This document shows, piece by piece, positions 19,728-28,626 of a stretch of DNA of 64,000 nt (positions are counted from its first letter, which is position 1; the number at the start of each line of letters is the position of its first letter). The stretch is from assembly GCA_964495325.1 (NCBI GenBank), contig CAZBVI010000002.1:125729-189728 (forward strand), written 5' to 3'. Source of the DNA: an uncultured bacterium (lineage in GTDB: Bacteria > Deinococcota > Deinococci > Deinococcales > Trueperaceae). The notes under the pieces are model-generated. The model saw only the letters and a list, made by a program, of their open reading frames with translations. It was not told the DNA's origin and made no database searches. A program made the position numbers and the translations under genes.

Positions 19728-21542
19728 TCAGGCCGTGAGGGCGAAGGCTTCACACTCCCGGCCCTCGGTCGACTCCTCGTACAGGCGTGCCTCGAACTGG
19801 ATGACGCTGCACTCGCTGTTTGATTCGATGCTCAGTTCGGTAGCCCTGGGGCAGCTGAACCAGTAATCGAACCGGCTGTTCAGCGGCAGCAGCATTTCCT
19901 GACCGAGCACGGCGCAGGGAAGCGCTGGGGCCATGACCACGCGTCTGCCACCGTCGAGCCGGAGGCTGAGCGGAACCGCGTCACCAGTGAAGCCAACCCC
20001 CAGCACGTTCTGAACCCGCGCTTCGCCGCTCAGGTGCAGGATGTGGACTCCTTCTGGGAGCAGGAGCCTGACGCCGCACGGCTCCTGCTCCTGACCGAGC
20101 CGGACGAGTGCGAAGCTCGTGCCGGAACTCTCCGCACCGGAACCGAACGGGCCCGCTACCTCAACGAAGCTGTCCTGTGCGGCAGGGCGCACCACTCTGG
20201 TCGGTCCGGGCCCGAGCCGGCTGCCGTTACCGGCCTGTTCCTCCACCGCCACTCTTGCCCAACCCGCCAGGGAATCCAGGAGCCTGTCCGTATCGACAGG
20301 TTCGCCCGCCATGTGAAGGTGCAGCAGTGACGCGAGGGCCTCCCCGTTCGCTTCCATCTCGCGGCTGCGCCGTCGGTGATGACTCCTCGCCACGCCTTCG
20401 GGCAGGCAGTTGTTCAGAAGCCTGCGGATGAACGGGGACGTGAAACACCAGCCCTCGTTACCGAACTCGAGCCAGCGTCGGTCGACCAGCTCCCCGAGGC
20501 AGTCATCCGCGGACGCGGATTCGCTCAGATACTTCCCGGCGAGCTGCGGACGGATGGAGACGAGTGATTCGACCAGCTGACGGCATGCCGGCCTCAGCTT
20601 CCGCAGCTCCAGCTCAAGTGCGGCCCGGTATTTCTGCGGTACCGGCAGGTTCTGCTCATCGGAAAGTGCACTTATCTCCGCGAGGTAGCCCAGGTGCCCG
20701 GCACATGCGAGGAACAGACGGGCGGCCGCGTCGAACTCCATATCGCGTAGCCGAGTACCCGATCGGGCCGCCAGCCACGTGCCTGCGGGCAGCTTCTGGT
20801 AACTGATGCTTGCCGCGGGCAGCCGATAGCGCAGCTCTAGCAGCTCGTCAGGATCGTTCCCCAAGTAAGGACGCTCGAAGACCCAGATCGAGCGTTCGTC
20901 CCTGATGATCCTGCCTACCAGCTCAGCGGGGTATGGGGGAGCGGCATACCGCAGTCCCGCACCCGTGGCGCCCAGTGGAAGCACCGGCGAACGCATCCGC
21001 TGGCTGAGAGCCTCAACGAAACCTGAGGCGCTCTCGAAAGGCTCCGGCTCAACAACAAGCAGGTGCGGTGCCCGCAGGGTGGCCGCCAGCCGTTCTATGA
21101 GCGGACTGTTCCCGAACGTCACGGTGCCAGCAGCCCGCAGCCTGGCGCGCCGCCATCCCAACCACTCCTGAAAGTCGGCACCGCCCAGGTCATCAAGTCC
21201 CTCCAGGAGGGACACTGCTGAGTTCCCCTGCAGGTCCAGCCTCAGACCGGGCGGCAGCTCCAGCGGATCCTGGTAGCGGGCAAACTGCGGGACTCCTGCC
21301 GCGGCCAGCTCACGGTTGATGGCGTTGATCTCGACACGCAGGTTGGCAAGCGGATCCGGGCCATCCCAGAGCAGGTCTGCGAGCCTGTCCCGGAGCGTGG
21401 GTCCCTCGAACGCCAGGAAGTAAAGGACGGCCAACGCCTTGCGGCGCAGGTGTACGCGACCGTCCGGTCCGCTCAGCCGCACCGGTCCACATATCGGCAA
21501 ATAAAGACATCGAGCCCCACCGGTTTCAGAACTTGCCGTCAT
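19728..21542 (-). CDS. SARP/OmpR-type winged-helix transcriptional regulator with a long uncharacterised C-terminus
   Basis: The N-terminus VRLSGPDGRVHLRRKALAVLYFLAFEGPTLRDRLADLLWDGPDPLANLRVEINAINREL follows the SARP/BTAD-family DNA-binding pattern. The remaining roughly 500 aa has no clear Walker A and ends in a beta-rich domain. Confidence 0.6.
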   Translation of the reverse strand: MTASSETGGARCLYLPICGPVRLSGPDGRVHLRRKALAVLYFLAFEGPTLRDRLADLLWDGPDPLANLRVEINAINRELAAAGVPQFARYQDPLELPPGLRLDLQGNSAVSLLEGLDDLGGADFQEWLGWRRARLRAAGTVTFGNSPLIERLAATLRAPHLLVVEPEPFESASGFVEALSQRMRSPVLPLGATGAGLRYAAPPYPAELVGRIIRDERSIWVFERPYLGNDPDELLELRYRLPAASISYQKLPAGTWLAARSGTRLRDMEFDAAARLFLACAGHLGYLAEISALSDEQNLPVPQKYRAALELELRKLRPACRQLVESLVSIRPQLAGKYLSESASADDCLGELVDRRWLEFGNEGWCFTSPFIRRLLNNCLPEGVARSHHRRRSREMEANGEALASLLHLHMAGEPVDTDRLLDSLAGWARVAVEEQAGNGSRLGPGPTRVVRPAAQDSFVEVAGPFGSGAESSGTSFALVRLGQEQEPCGVRLLLPEGVHILHLSGEARVQNVLGVGFTGDAVPLSLRLDGGRRVVMAPALPCAVLGQEMLLPLNSRFDYWFSCPRATELSIESNSECSVIQFEARLYEESTEGRECEAFALTA

Positions 21543-21560
21543 CGTTCTACCCCCTATCTG

Positions 21561-21669
21561 CTTAACGTTTACGTAAATACGCGTGTTAAGCCTTACCCCC
21601 GCAGCGTGAAGTGGTTATACAACTTTTTCGCTTATCGCGTGCGGAGGCACCCCGGCCTGCTTCACGCTG
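21561..21669. promoter_or_regulatory. Divergent control region with nested palindromes and a 10-bp inverted repeat
   Basis: CTTAAC (21561-66) pairs with GTTAAG (21585-90), enclosing TTACGTAA (21569-76) and ACGCGT (21579-84). CAGCGTGAAG (21602-11) pairs with CTTCACGCTG (21660-69). Confidence 0.3.
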
Positions 21670-21826
21670 GCTAAACGGCCCACACCCTAAGCTCATTTCG
21701 AACTCATCAGTCGACCGGCAGCTGGCAGCAGCTTCAGCCGGAACGGGGAAGGAGGAAGCACTGGCCACGCCGGCCGGACATCATCTGCCGATAACGAATC
21801 TTCGTCCTCTCACGAAAGGAACCACG

Positions 21827-22672
21827 ATGCTCAAGAAAATCGCCGTAGCCGCAATCGCCATCCTCGCTTGTTTCAGCTTCGCGCAGATCACCGTCTCCCC
21901 CACCGTTGGAAACGGGGACGACCAGTTTGATACCGGGGCCAACTCGGCCTCAGTCCAGCAGAACGTGAACCTGATCTTGCCGGCAGCTGTTGCACTGCAC
22001 CTTGACGTCAGCGAGCTGGACTTCGATCTGGAGCTCCTGGGCAGTGAGGACGCACCTTACGTGTGCGTGTATGGCAACTCGCTTACGGATCTCCCAGGTG
22101 GGAGCTTCAATGGTCAAGAGCAGACGCTTCCACTTGGCACCTCCTACTGGGTCGCAAATACATGGTCACTCTCGGAAGCGCCAATCATCGAGATCCTGGA
22201 CGCAGCCGGCCTCGCCACGTCCTACCCACCAGCCGCATTTGACGGCGAAGCTGATTCACTAATTGGTGAATCTCCGCAGGGCGAGCTGATCCCCGGATCA
22301 AAGAATCACTTCGTGTGCTATCAGACCTTCATTCTGCAGAAGTTCAGCAACCACAGCAACTGGGAGCTGACGGTCACACGTGGGGGCACGGGCGCGTTTG
22401 ACATGTACATCCAGGACAACACTTTCTGTTCGTTCAATGCCGTTACTCCGACCGGATTCTTCCAGATCGCACAGGACCAGACGATCAACCTTCTGCCGGC
22501 CTCGCTTACCGGCGGGACAACAGGTGCGCTGGCAGAGGCCTGCGGTCAGGACGGCAAGAGCTGGCTGGATGACCTGGTGGTAGTGGCGGTCAAGGTCAAC
22601 GGTGACCCGTACGGCACGAACACCGCAACCCTGACCTACACGATCCAGTCTGTTTCGCCGAACGAGAACTGA
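21827..22672 (+). CDS. Secreted beta-rich protein, candidate major subunit of a surface structure
   Basis: ATG at 21827 preceded by a GAAAGGA Shine-Dalgarno sequence. Signal peptide MLKKIAVAAIAILACFSFAQ. 281 aa with four Cys and no recognised family. Confidence 0.7.
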   Translation: MLKKIAVAAIAILACFSFAQITVSPTVGNGDDQFDTGANSASVQQNVNLILPAAVALHLDVSELDFDLELLGSEDAPYVCVYGNSLTDLPGGSFNGQEQTLPLGTSYWVANTWSLSEAPIIEILDAAGLATSYPPAAFDGEADSLIGESPQGELIPGSKNHFVCYQTFILQKFSNHSNWELTVTRGGTGAFDMYIQDNTFCSFNAVTPTGFFQIAQDQTINLLPASLTGGTTGALAEACGQDGKSWLDDLVVVAVKVNGDPYGTNTATLTYTIQSVSPNEN

Positions 22673-22713
22673 GCCGATCCCCGTTCACGACACAGTACTG
22701 CGACACGCTCAGT

Positions 22714-22744
22714 GGTGTGGACAGCTCGGGGGGCTGTCCACACC
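22714..22744 (+). promoter_or_regulatory. Intercistronic hairpin after the first gene of the secreted operon
   Basis: Perfect 12-bp inverted repeat GGTGTGGACAGC / GCTGTCCACACC with a 7-nt loop. No U-tract follows. Confidence 0.6.
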
Positions 22745-22776
22745 ACATCCCCTGTGAGTGGAAGGAACGAACCAGC

Positions 22777-23661
22777 ATGCGAAATCCAACACCTATCTTC
22801 AGAATCATTCCCGCCCTCGTCGCACTCTGTATCGGCCTGGCACCCGCCGCTCTGGGACAGGGCGCCGTCGGAGTCCAGCCGAACGCAGTCATCCTTGAGG
22901 TTGCACCGGGCGGAAGCGTCACCCAGGAGCTCCGGATCGACAACCCTGGCAGCAATCCCCTTGGCCTCACCATCTACCCCGGGGACTGGCAGCTGGACGG
23001 GAGCGATCAGATCAACTATTATCCCGCAGAAACGCTTGAACGCAGTGCCGCGGGCTGGCTGACTCTCAGTGCCACCGACCTGTCCCTGGCGAGCCGCGCC
23101 AACACGACCCTCACTTACACGGTTCAGGTGCCTGATTCAGCGACAGCGGGTACTTACTGGGCAGCGGTCTTCATCGAAGGAGTGGACCCGGCCACCGAAG
23201 GCAGTCAGGCGCTCGCCGCCTTCAGGCTCCGCACCGCCCACACTTTCTACATCAACGTGCCGCCAATCCAGCACGCCGGTTCGATCCTCGGCATCTTCGG
23301 CACGCCTCCGCAGACCCCCGAACAGCCCTACCGGATGCAGCTCAGCTACATGAATGAGGGCAACACAGTTCAGATCCTCAACGGGCAGATCGACATTCGC
23401 ACCGTGACAGGCGAACTGGTAGATACCGTTCCTGTCGAGCGCGAAGTGGCGCTGCCTGGCCTGGTAAAGAGCCTGAACATCGCGCTGTACGGTCCGCTGC
23501 CGGCCTCCGAGTACCTGGCCCTGGCTGTCCTCAACTACGGCGACTTCACCCGGGATGTCGCCGCCGAGCTCGTGTTCGAAGTTCCGATCGACCTTGCCGC
23601 GCCTGAGTTCTACTTCGAAGGCGCACGGGAGCGCGCCAGCACCCTGGACGGCACGCCATGA
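22777..23661 (+). CDS. Secreted two-domain beta-sandwich-like protein, candidate periplasmic chaperone
   Basis: Signal peptide MRNPTPIFRIIPALVALCIGLAPAALGQ. The mature N-terminus VQPNAVILEVAPGGSVTQELRIDNPGSNPLGLTIYPGDW resembles the first strands of PapD-like/Ig-fold chaperones. This is pattern resemblance only. Confidence 0.6.
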   Translation: MRNPTPIFRIIPALVALCIGLAPAALGQGAVGVQPNAVILEVAPGGSVTQELRIDNPGSNPLGLTIYPGDWQLDGSDQINYYPAETLERSAAGWLTLSATDLSLASRANTTLTYTVQVPDSATAGTYWAAVFIEGVDPATEGSQALAAFRLRTAHTFYINVPPIQHAGSILGIFGTPPQTPEQPYRMQLSYMNEGNTVQILNGQIDIRTVTGELVDTVPVEREVALPGLVKSLNIALYGPLPASEYLALAVLNYGDFTRDVAAELVFEVPIDLAAPEFYFEGARERASTLDGTP

Positions 23662-24164
23662 TCCGGCACTCCTCCAGAACCAGGGTCCTTCGCCTCCTCG
23701 CCCTGCTGGCACTCACGGGTTCGGTTCTGGCCCAGGCGACCTGGCCCGTCCATGTACTTATCCCCGAGCTCATCACGGTGCGCGCACCCAGCGACACTCT
23801 CAGTTTCGATCTCGAGACGCAGAACTACCCGCCACTGGAGTTTCCGGCAACGTTCTCGGGCGGCACCCTGCCAGTGCAGGTTCATTCGAGCAGTGAGCAA
23901 TCATGGACTCTCAGCCTCGACGTGAGCGACATCATCGATGACGCGGGCGTCCTGTTGGTGCCCGCCAGCCAGGTCATGTACCGCGTCAACGAGGGTGGCT
24001 GGCTGCGCGCGAATGGGTTCCCGCAGGTCGTACACGCACAGAACGGCCCGACTCTGGGCTGGATGGAGTTCTCCCTCGAGTTCATGCTCGAGCTGACAGG
24101 CACGGAACGGGCCGGCTCTTACGAGGTCACCGCGACAATCACTGCCCAGACTGAAGCGTTCTGA
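23658..24164 (+). CDS. Small secreted protein, candidate minor subunit (paralogue of the 281-aa protein)
   Basis: ATGA overlap with the previous gene. Signal peptide LLALLALTGSVLAQ. It shares the LIP..h.h....L.FDLE motif and a T-x-T-x-T-x-Q C-terminus with the 21827..22672 product. Confidence 0.65.
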   Translation: MIRHSSRTRVLRLLALLALTGSVLAQATWPVHVLIPELITVRAPSDTLSFDLETQNYPPLEFPATFSGGTLPVQVHSSSEQSWTLSLDVSDIIDDAGVLLVPASQVMYRVNEGGWLRANGFPQVVHAQNGPTLGWMEFSLEFMLELTGTERAGSYEVTATITAQTEAF

Positions 24165-27115
24165 TGGTGCAGCGGGCACTTCTGGCATTGGCCATGCTGG
24201 TGACCACGGGAGCAGTTGGCGCCCAGGTCGAGTTCGGGAGCATGCCTGCGCTGGAAGCACTGCCTGGCGAGTACTTAACCTTCGCCGTTCCGATCTCCGG
24301 AGACGGCAGTGTGACTGTCGTGGTCACCGCACCGGACGGCTGGCACGTGGTTACGGACACGCGAGAGCTTCAGCTGAGAGGCACCAGGCAAGTTCCGTTC
24401 ACCGTGCGGGTTCCGGCTACCGCCCTGGCGGGTACGCGCGCACAACTGGAGCTCAGCGCAACCGGTGAAGCGGGCAGAGCGCAAACAAGCATCGGCGTAA
24501 CCGTCGGGGGCAGCGCGGGAGTGAGCGTCACGGAAACAACTGATCCGCAAGCATCGCCCAACGAGGTGCTTGCGTTCGAGATCAATGTCACTAATGCCGG
24601 CAACCAACCGGAAGTGATCTCGCTCAGGGCATACAGCGCCTCCCGGCAGGTACATGTGAGCCCGACTCAGCTTGTCCTCGAGCCATTTCAGTCGGCTGCG
24701 GCCACCGTGAGCATCCCGGTTCAGGGCACAGTCGGCCAGGGATATCGAATGACGGTCACAATCGAGGCAACTAGCGGTAACACCGGCGGTGTCACGACTC
24801 GCGATGTAACCGCTGTTTACCGGCGAGCCGGTACCCGGTCTGCCGTGGCGAACCCGGACCCACGGCTGCTCTTGCGCATCACTTCCGGGGTCAACACCGG
24901 AGTCGAGGTCAGTGAAGAGGGCGCAGCGCCGTTCCTCAACTGGAGCGTGCAACCGGGCCTGAGCGGCGAGCTGTCGGACTTTGTGCAGCTGAACGTCAGC
25001 ACCGGTTCGTTCCGTAATGCGCCGGGGTCGGTGTTCTCCGCGCCGCAGCACGCCCGGATCGAACTCACTGCCCAGGAGTGGCAGGCCGCAATCACCTTCG
25101 GTCACGGACGCTTCGGACTGAGTGGCGCGATGCGAGCAGCCGGTTGGCGCTTCAACGTCGGTGGGCACTACTTTCGTCCCGCTGAAGCGGGCCTGTTCCA
25201 ACTGCAGGCTGGCGCGGTCAGCCAGACCCCAGGGCTCGACCTGCAGTTTCACGGCAACCTCATGCTGGCCGGTGAGGCCCATTCCGAATCCCTGTCCGGC
25301 CTGTGGCGCCGGGCATTGAGCAACCAGTTGCAGCTGGGAATCGGCCTGGGACTGAGCGGCTATGCCGATGCGCAAACGGACTACCGCCTTTATCTCACCG
25401 TCAATCAGAACTTGAGGTGGCTGACTCAGAACTTCGACCTCGTCCAGTCGATCAGTACGACTCCGGGCCTGGGGCAGCACAGCGTCAGCCTCACCGGCGG
25501 CAGCCGCTCGGCCGGCCCTTTCGGCATCCGTTTCCTGGCAAGGCTGAACGTCGGGCCCACGCGCAGTACACTGTCTACGGGTGTGCAGCTGACCAGCGTT
25601 CCTGTCCAGAACCTGCGGCTGTCGGCCGGCGTGATCCACTCCACCGCAGACTTCGGCGCTGGCCCAGCCAACCTCCGCTTGCAGGCCGGCGCGGCCATGC
25701 GGTTCAGTGCGGGCTCGGGCGCAGTGACAGGAAGCATCAGCGGCAACCTCGAGTCAAGTCTTGCCCTGAACGAACATGCCCGGCCGAGCAACGGTTTCAG
25801 GATTACGGCCGAGACCCACTTCAGGAAAGTATCTCTGCGGCTCGGCGTCAGCCGGGACTCCCGTGCAGCCCACGGCGAGCGCGAAGCCGAACTGCGTGTG
25901 GTCTACAGCCTCGGAGGTTCGCTCGCGCTCGGTCCGGGATCCGAGGTGGAGGCAAGCTTCAACCATCAGCGCGGCACCATGACCGGTACCAGCTTCGCGA
26001 TCCGCTGGCGGCAGGAATGGAGCGCACGCTTGTCCAGCGACGTGACGTGGAGGGTCAGTGCCCGGACCAACAGCTTCGCGATCGGCGTCGCAGCTACTGA
26101 TATCTTCACTCCCGGGCTCAACCTGGGCTTCGGTTACGGCCTGGTGCTAACGCCCGCCGGCACCACCCACCGGTTCAGTGCCGGGATCAGCTACACCTGG
26201 CTCATCCCGTTCTCGACCCCTGCACCACTTGTGGACGCCTTCGGCGGTCGCGAGACCGGCGGCTTCACCGGCGTCGCCTTCATCGATCGCAACCTGGACG
26301 GCCAACGCGACATCACGGAAGAACGCCTTGCAGGCATCACGATCGTTGCTGGAGACACTGCCACCGTGACTCAGGCAGACGGCAGCTTCAACCTGCGCGT
26401 GCCACCTGGCCCGTATACGCTGGAGTTCAAGGGTTTGCCCGCCACGCTCGGCTTCACCGGTGATCCGGCCATCGAGGTGCACCTGAACAGCGTCGTGCCC
26501 CGTGATTTGAGCTTCTCGCCCGTAAGCACCATGCGGATAGTCGCGTTCGCCGACCTTGACCGTGACGGCCAGCCCGGCGTGGGCGAACCCTTCCTGCCAG
26601 GCATCCAGGTTGAGCTGCAAGGCCCCCGCACCGCGCATGGAGTGACCGATTCGAGCGGGACAATCTGGATCACCAACCTGACCCAGGGAAGCTACACACC
26701 TGTCGTCAACCAGTCGAGCCTGCCCGCAGGGCACGAGCTCACGCGCCGCCTGCAGGCGATAACCGTTGAGCCACCGGCCGGCCCTCCCGTGCTGTACATC
26801 CCGGTGGCGCCACTGATTCGCGACGTCGTCACGACTTTCCAGTCCGGCACACTGGCCCTGGTGGCCTGGACTTCCGACGGGTCAACTGTCGCAGGCAGGA
26901 ACCTGACCGTGTTCGCACGCGTCCACGGCGAGGTCGATACCGTCCAGGTCGAGCTGTTCGACGAGGTCCTCTCCTTGCTGCAACAGGGGGACGTATGGAT
27001 CGGTCACCTTACGGTCCCGCCGCAGGCCGGCATGACGAGCGGCGTGGTGCGGGCCACGGGCGCCGGCCAGCAACAGGAGGTCGGCATCCAGGTGTTCGTG
27101 ACGCTGCCTGAGTAG
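24164..27115 (+). CDS. Large secreted protein with N-terminal Ig-like domains, a central beta-barrel-like segment and C-terminal SdrD-B/CarboxypepD_reg-like domains (usher-like architecture)
   Basis: TGATG overlap with the previous gene. Signal peptide MVQRALLALAMLVTTGAVGAQ. A segment of about 450 aa shows amphipathic strand periodicity and ends in GISYTWLIPF. Later come FTGVAFIDRNLDGQRD and GSFNLRVPPGPYTLEF (Cna-B/SdrD-B-like). Confidence 0.65.
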   Translation: MVQRALLALAMLVTTGAVGAQVEFGSMPALEALPGEYLTFAVPISGDGSVTVVVTAPDGWHVVTDTRELQLRGTRQVPFTVRVPATALAGTRAQLELSATGEAGRAQTSIGVTVGGSAGVSVTETTDPQASPNEVLAFEINVTNAGNQPEVISLRAYSASRQVHVSPTQLVLEPFQSAAATVSIPVQGTVGQGYRMTVTIEATSGNTGGVTTRDVTAVYRRAGTRSAVANPDPRLLLRITSGVNTGVEVSEEGAAPFLNWSVQPGLSGELSDFVQLNVSTGSFRNAPGSVFSAPQHARIELTAQEWQAAITFGHGRFGLSGAMRAAGWRFNVGGHYFRPAEAGLFQLQAGAVSQTPGLDLQFHGNLMLAGEAHSESLSGLWRRALSNQLQLGIGLGLSGYADAQTDYRLYLTVNQNLRWLTQNFDLVQSISTTPGLGQHSVSLTGGSRSAGPFGIRFLARLNVGPTRSTLSTGVQLTSVPVQNLRLSAGVIHSTADFGAGPANLRLQAGAAMRFSAGSGAVTGSISGNLESSLALNEHARPSNGFRITAETHFRKVSLRLGVSRDSRAAHGEREAELRVVYSLGGSLALGPGSEVEASFNHQRGTMTGTSFAIRWRQEWSARLSSDVTWRVSARTNSFAIGVAATDIFTPGLNLGFGYGLVLTPAGTTHRFSAGISYTWLIPFSTPAPLVDAFGGRETGGFTGVAFIDRNLDGQRDITEERLAGITIVAGDTATVTQADGSFNLRVPPGPYTLEFKGLPATLGFTGDPAIEVHLNSVVPRDLSFSPVSTMRIVAFADLDRDGQPGVGEPFLPGIQVELQGPRTAHGVTDSSGTIWITNLTQGSYTPVVNQSSLPAGHELTRRLQAITVEPPAGPPVLYIPVAPLIRDVVTTFQSGTLALVAWTSDGSTVAGRNLTVFARVHGEVDTVQVELFDEVLSLLQQGDVWIGHLTVPPQAGMTSGVVRATGAGQQQEVGIQVFVTLPE

Positions 27116-27158
27116 GCTCGCCTTGGGCGTGCCTCACTGGTTCACTTGCCTGTGACCG

Positions 27159-27563
27159 TTACTGCGAGTCCATAGTCAACCAGGCACTGAACTCGAAGGC
27201 TTTGGTCAGTGGCTCCACGGCCGGGCAACTGGTACCGCCGCGTTCCCAGGAGATCGAGCATACTGCTCGCGTGGACGCATTCGGTGTGGCCGTTACAGTC
27301 ATGGTGTAGATGCCGGGCTGAAGCGTCACCGCAGAGCGCTCGGGCAAGTCAGGGATGGTTGGCCCGGTTCCACCGCTGATCGATTCCGAGGCGACAACGT
27401 CGCCTTCGTCAGAGTGAATAGTTACCTCCAATGAGTTTTGACCATATGTGTAGACAACGCTTGAAGCGATGGCAGTACCAGCGCTGTTCTGGCTGCTCCC
27501 GCTCCTGGAGTCCTGGCCGACACGCCCATCTACTCCGAACTCGACCACAGTGGGAGATACCAA
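27159..27563 (-). CDS. Hypothetical beta-rich protein without a signal peptide, possibly a gene remnant
   Basis: 134-aa ORF containing QPGIYTMTVTATP, an Ig-like strand. It lacks an N-terminal signal and has no obvious Shine-Dalgarno sequence. Confidence 0.3.
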   Translation of the reverse strand: MVSPTVVEFGVDGRVGQDSRSGSSQNSAGTAIASSVVYTYGQNSLEVTIHSDEGDVVASESISGGTGPTIPDLPERSAVTLQPGIYTMTVTATPNASTRAVCSISWERGGTSCPAVEPLTKAFEFSAWLTMDSQ

Positions 27564-27599
27564 CAGGATGGTCTTGGTGACACGCGTGGAAATTGGCTC

Positions 27600-28016
27600 T
27601 GGTTAACCCGGGAGCGGGTCGCGGAACACGCCCGGCAGATCTGGGTCGATGCTGCCAGTGATGCCCTCGCAGCGGGAGATTCAGTACAAGCCAGGACACT
27701 GGCCGAGTTCGCCATGGGCATCGAACACGCATCTGCGCACGAGTCGCTCAGCTCGGTAGACCTCCTCCAGGTACTGCGCAGCACCGAGGGTAACCGCCTC
27801 GGTGAGTTGCAGCGCGTGATCGCAGACGCCAGCGCAACGACAACACGGCTTGGCAACCGGCCGAACCCCGCCGATGCATTCGTGGGTCGCCGTCATGAGC
27901 TGAGGCGGATCCTGCGGCTGTTTTGCCACGACGGTGCGCGCCTCGTGACGCTGCATTGAACCGGAGGCAACGGCAAGACACGCCTGGCTGTCGAGGCCGC
28001 CGGACTGCTGCAACAG
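27600..28016 (+). pseudogene. Fragment of a STAND/AfsR-LuxR-type regulator, interrupted in its P-loop
   Basis: The frame reads ...FVGRRHELRRILRLFCHDGARLVTLH*TGGNGKTRLAVEAAGLL. The in-frame TGA at 27957-27959 falls inside the Walker A region. The fragment has no N-terminal DNA-binding domain and no ATPase body. Confidence 0.55.
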
Positions 28017-28626
28017 ATGGGAGCATACCCGGCCGGCGAACCTGATCTTGCCGAGTCGTTCGAAGCCACAGAGGGTGGCAGGCTTTGGACCTTCAAGCTC
28101 CGTGAAGGAGTCCAGTTTCACGGCGGCTATGGTGAACTGAAGGCTTCCGACGTGAAGTTCACCTTCGACCGCGTCCGCAACCCCGATTTTGTTTCGCCCT
28201 GGTTGTCGCAGTTCACCAACGTCGAGGAGATTCTCGTGCTCGACGATTACACGGTGCAGGTTGTGCTCGAGGAAGCCGATCCGCTGTTCCTCATCAACAT
28301 CGCCGGACACACGCGCGGCGCGATCCTGAACGAGCGGGCCGTCACCGAGCTTGGCTCGGCTTTCCGCACGAATCCGATCGGCACGGGCCCATTCCAGTTC
28401 GATGATTACGTCTCAACGCAGAGTCTGCGCGTCACGCGCTTCGACGACTACTTCCGGGCCGACGAGGCCGCGATTCTGGAAGCGACCCAGTTCCACTACG
28501 GGCCAGAGGTGTCCTCCCTCTACATCGGCCTGCAACGCGGCGACTACGACGTAGCCGGCGGCGTCGACACCCGCCAGTTCGCCGAGCGTACCGAGTCCCT
28601 GGGCCTGAACGTGATCTCGTACGGCC
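28017..28626 (+). pseudogene. Internal fragment of a family-5 ABC substrate-binding protein
   Basis: It lies in the same frame as the regulator fragment. LAESFEATEGGRLWTFKLREGVQFHGGYGELKASDVKFTFDRV is an SBP_bac_5 segment. There is no signal peptide, and about 300 C-terminal residues are missing. Confidence 0.6.

Noticed and set aside
27117-27135. Possible terminator GGCTCGCC-ttg-GGCGTGCC after the 983-aa gene.
   Set aside because: The stem contains a mismatch and is short, so it is not distinguishable from chance in GC-rich DNA.
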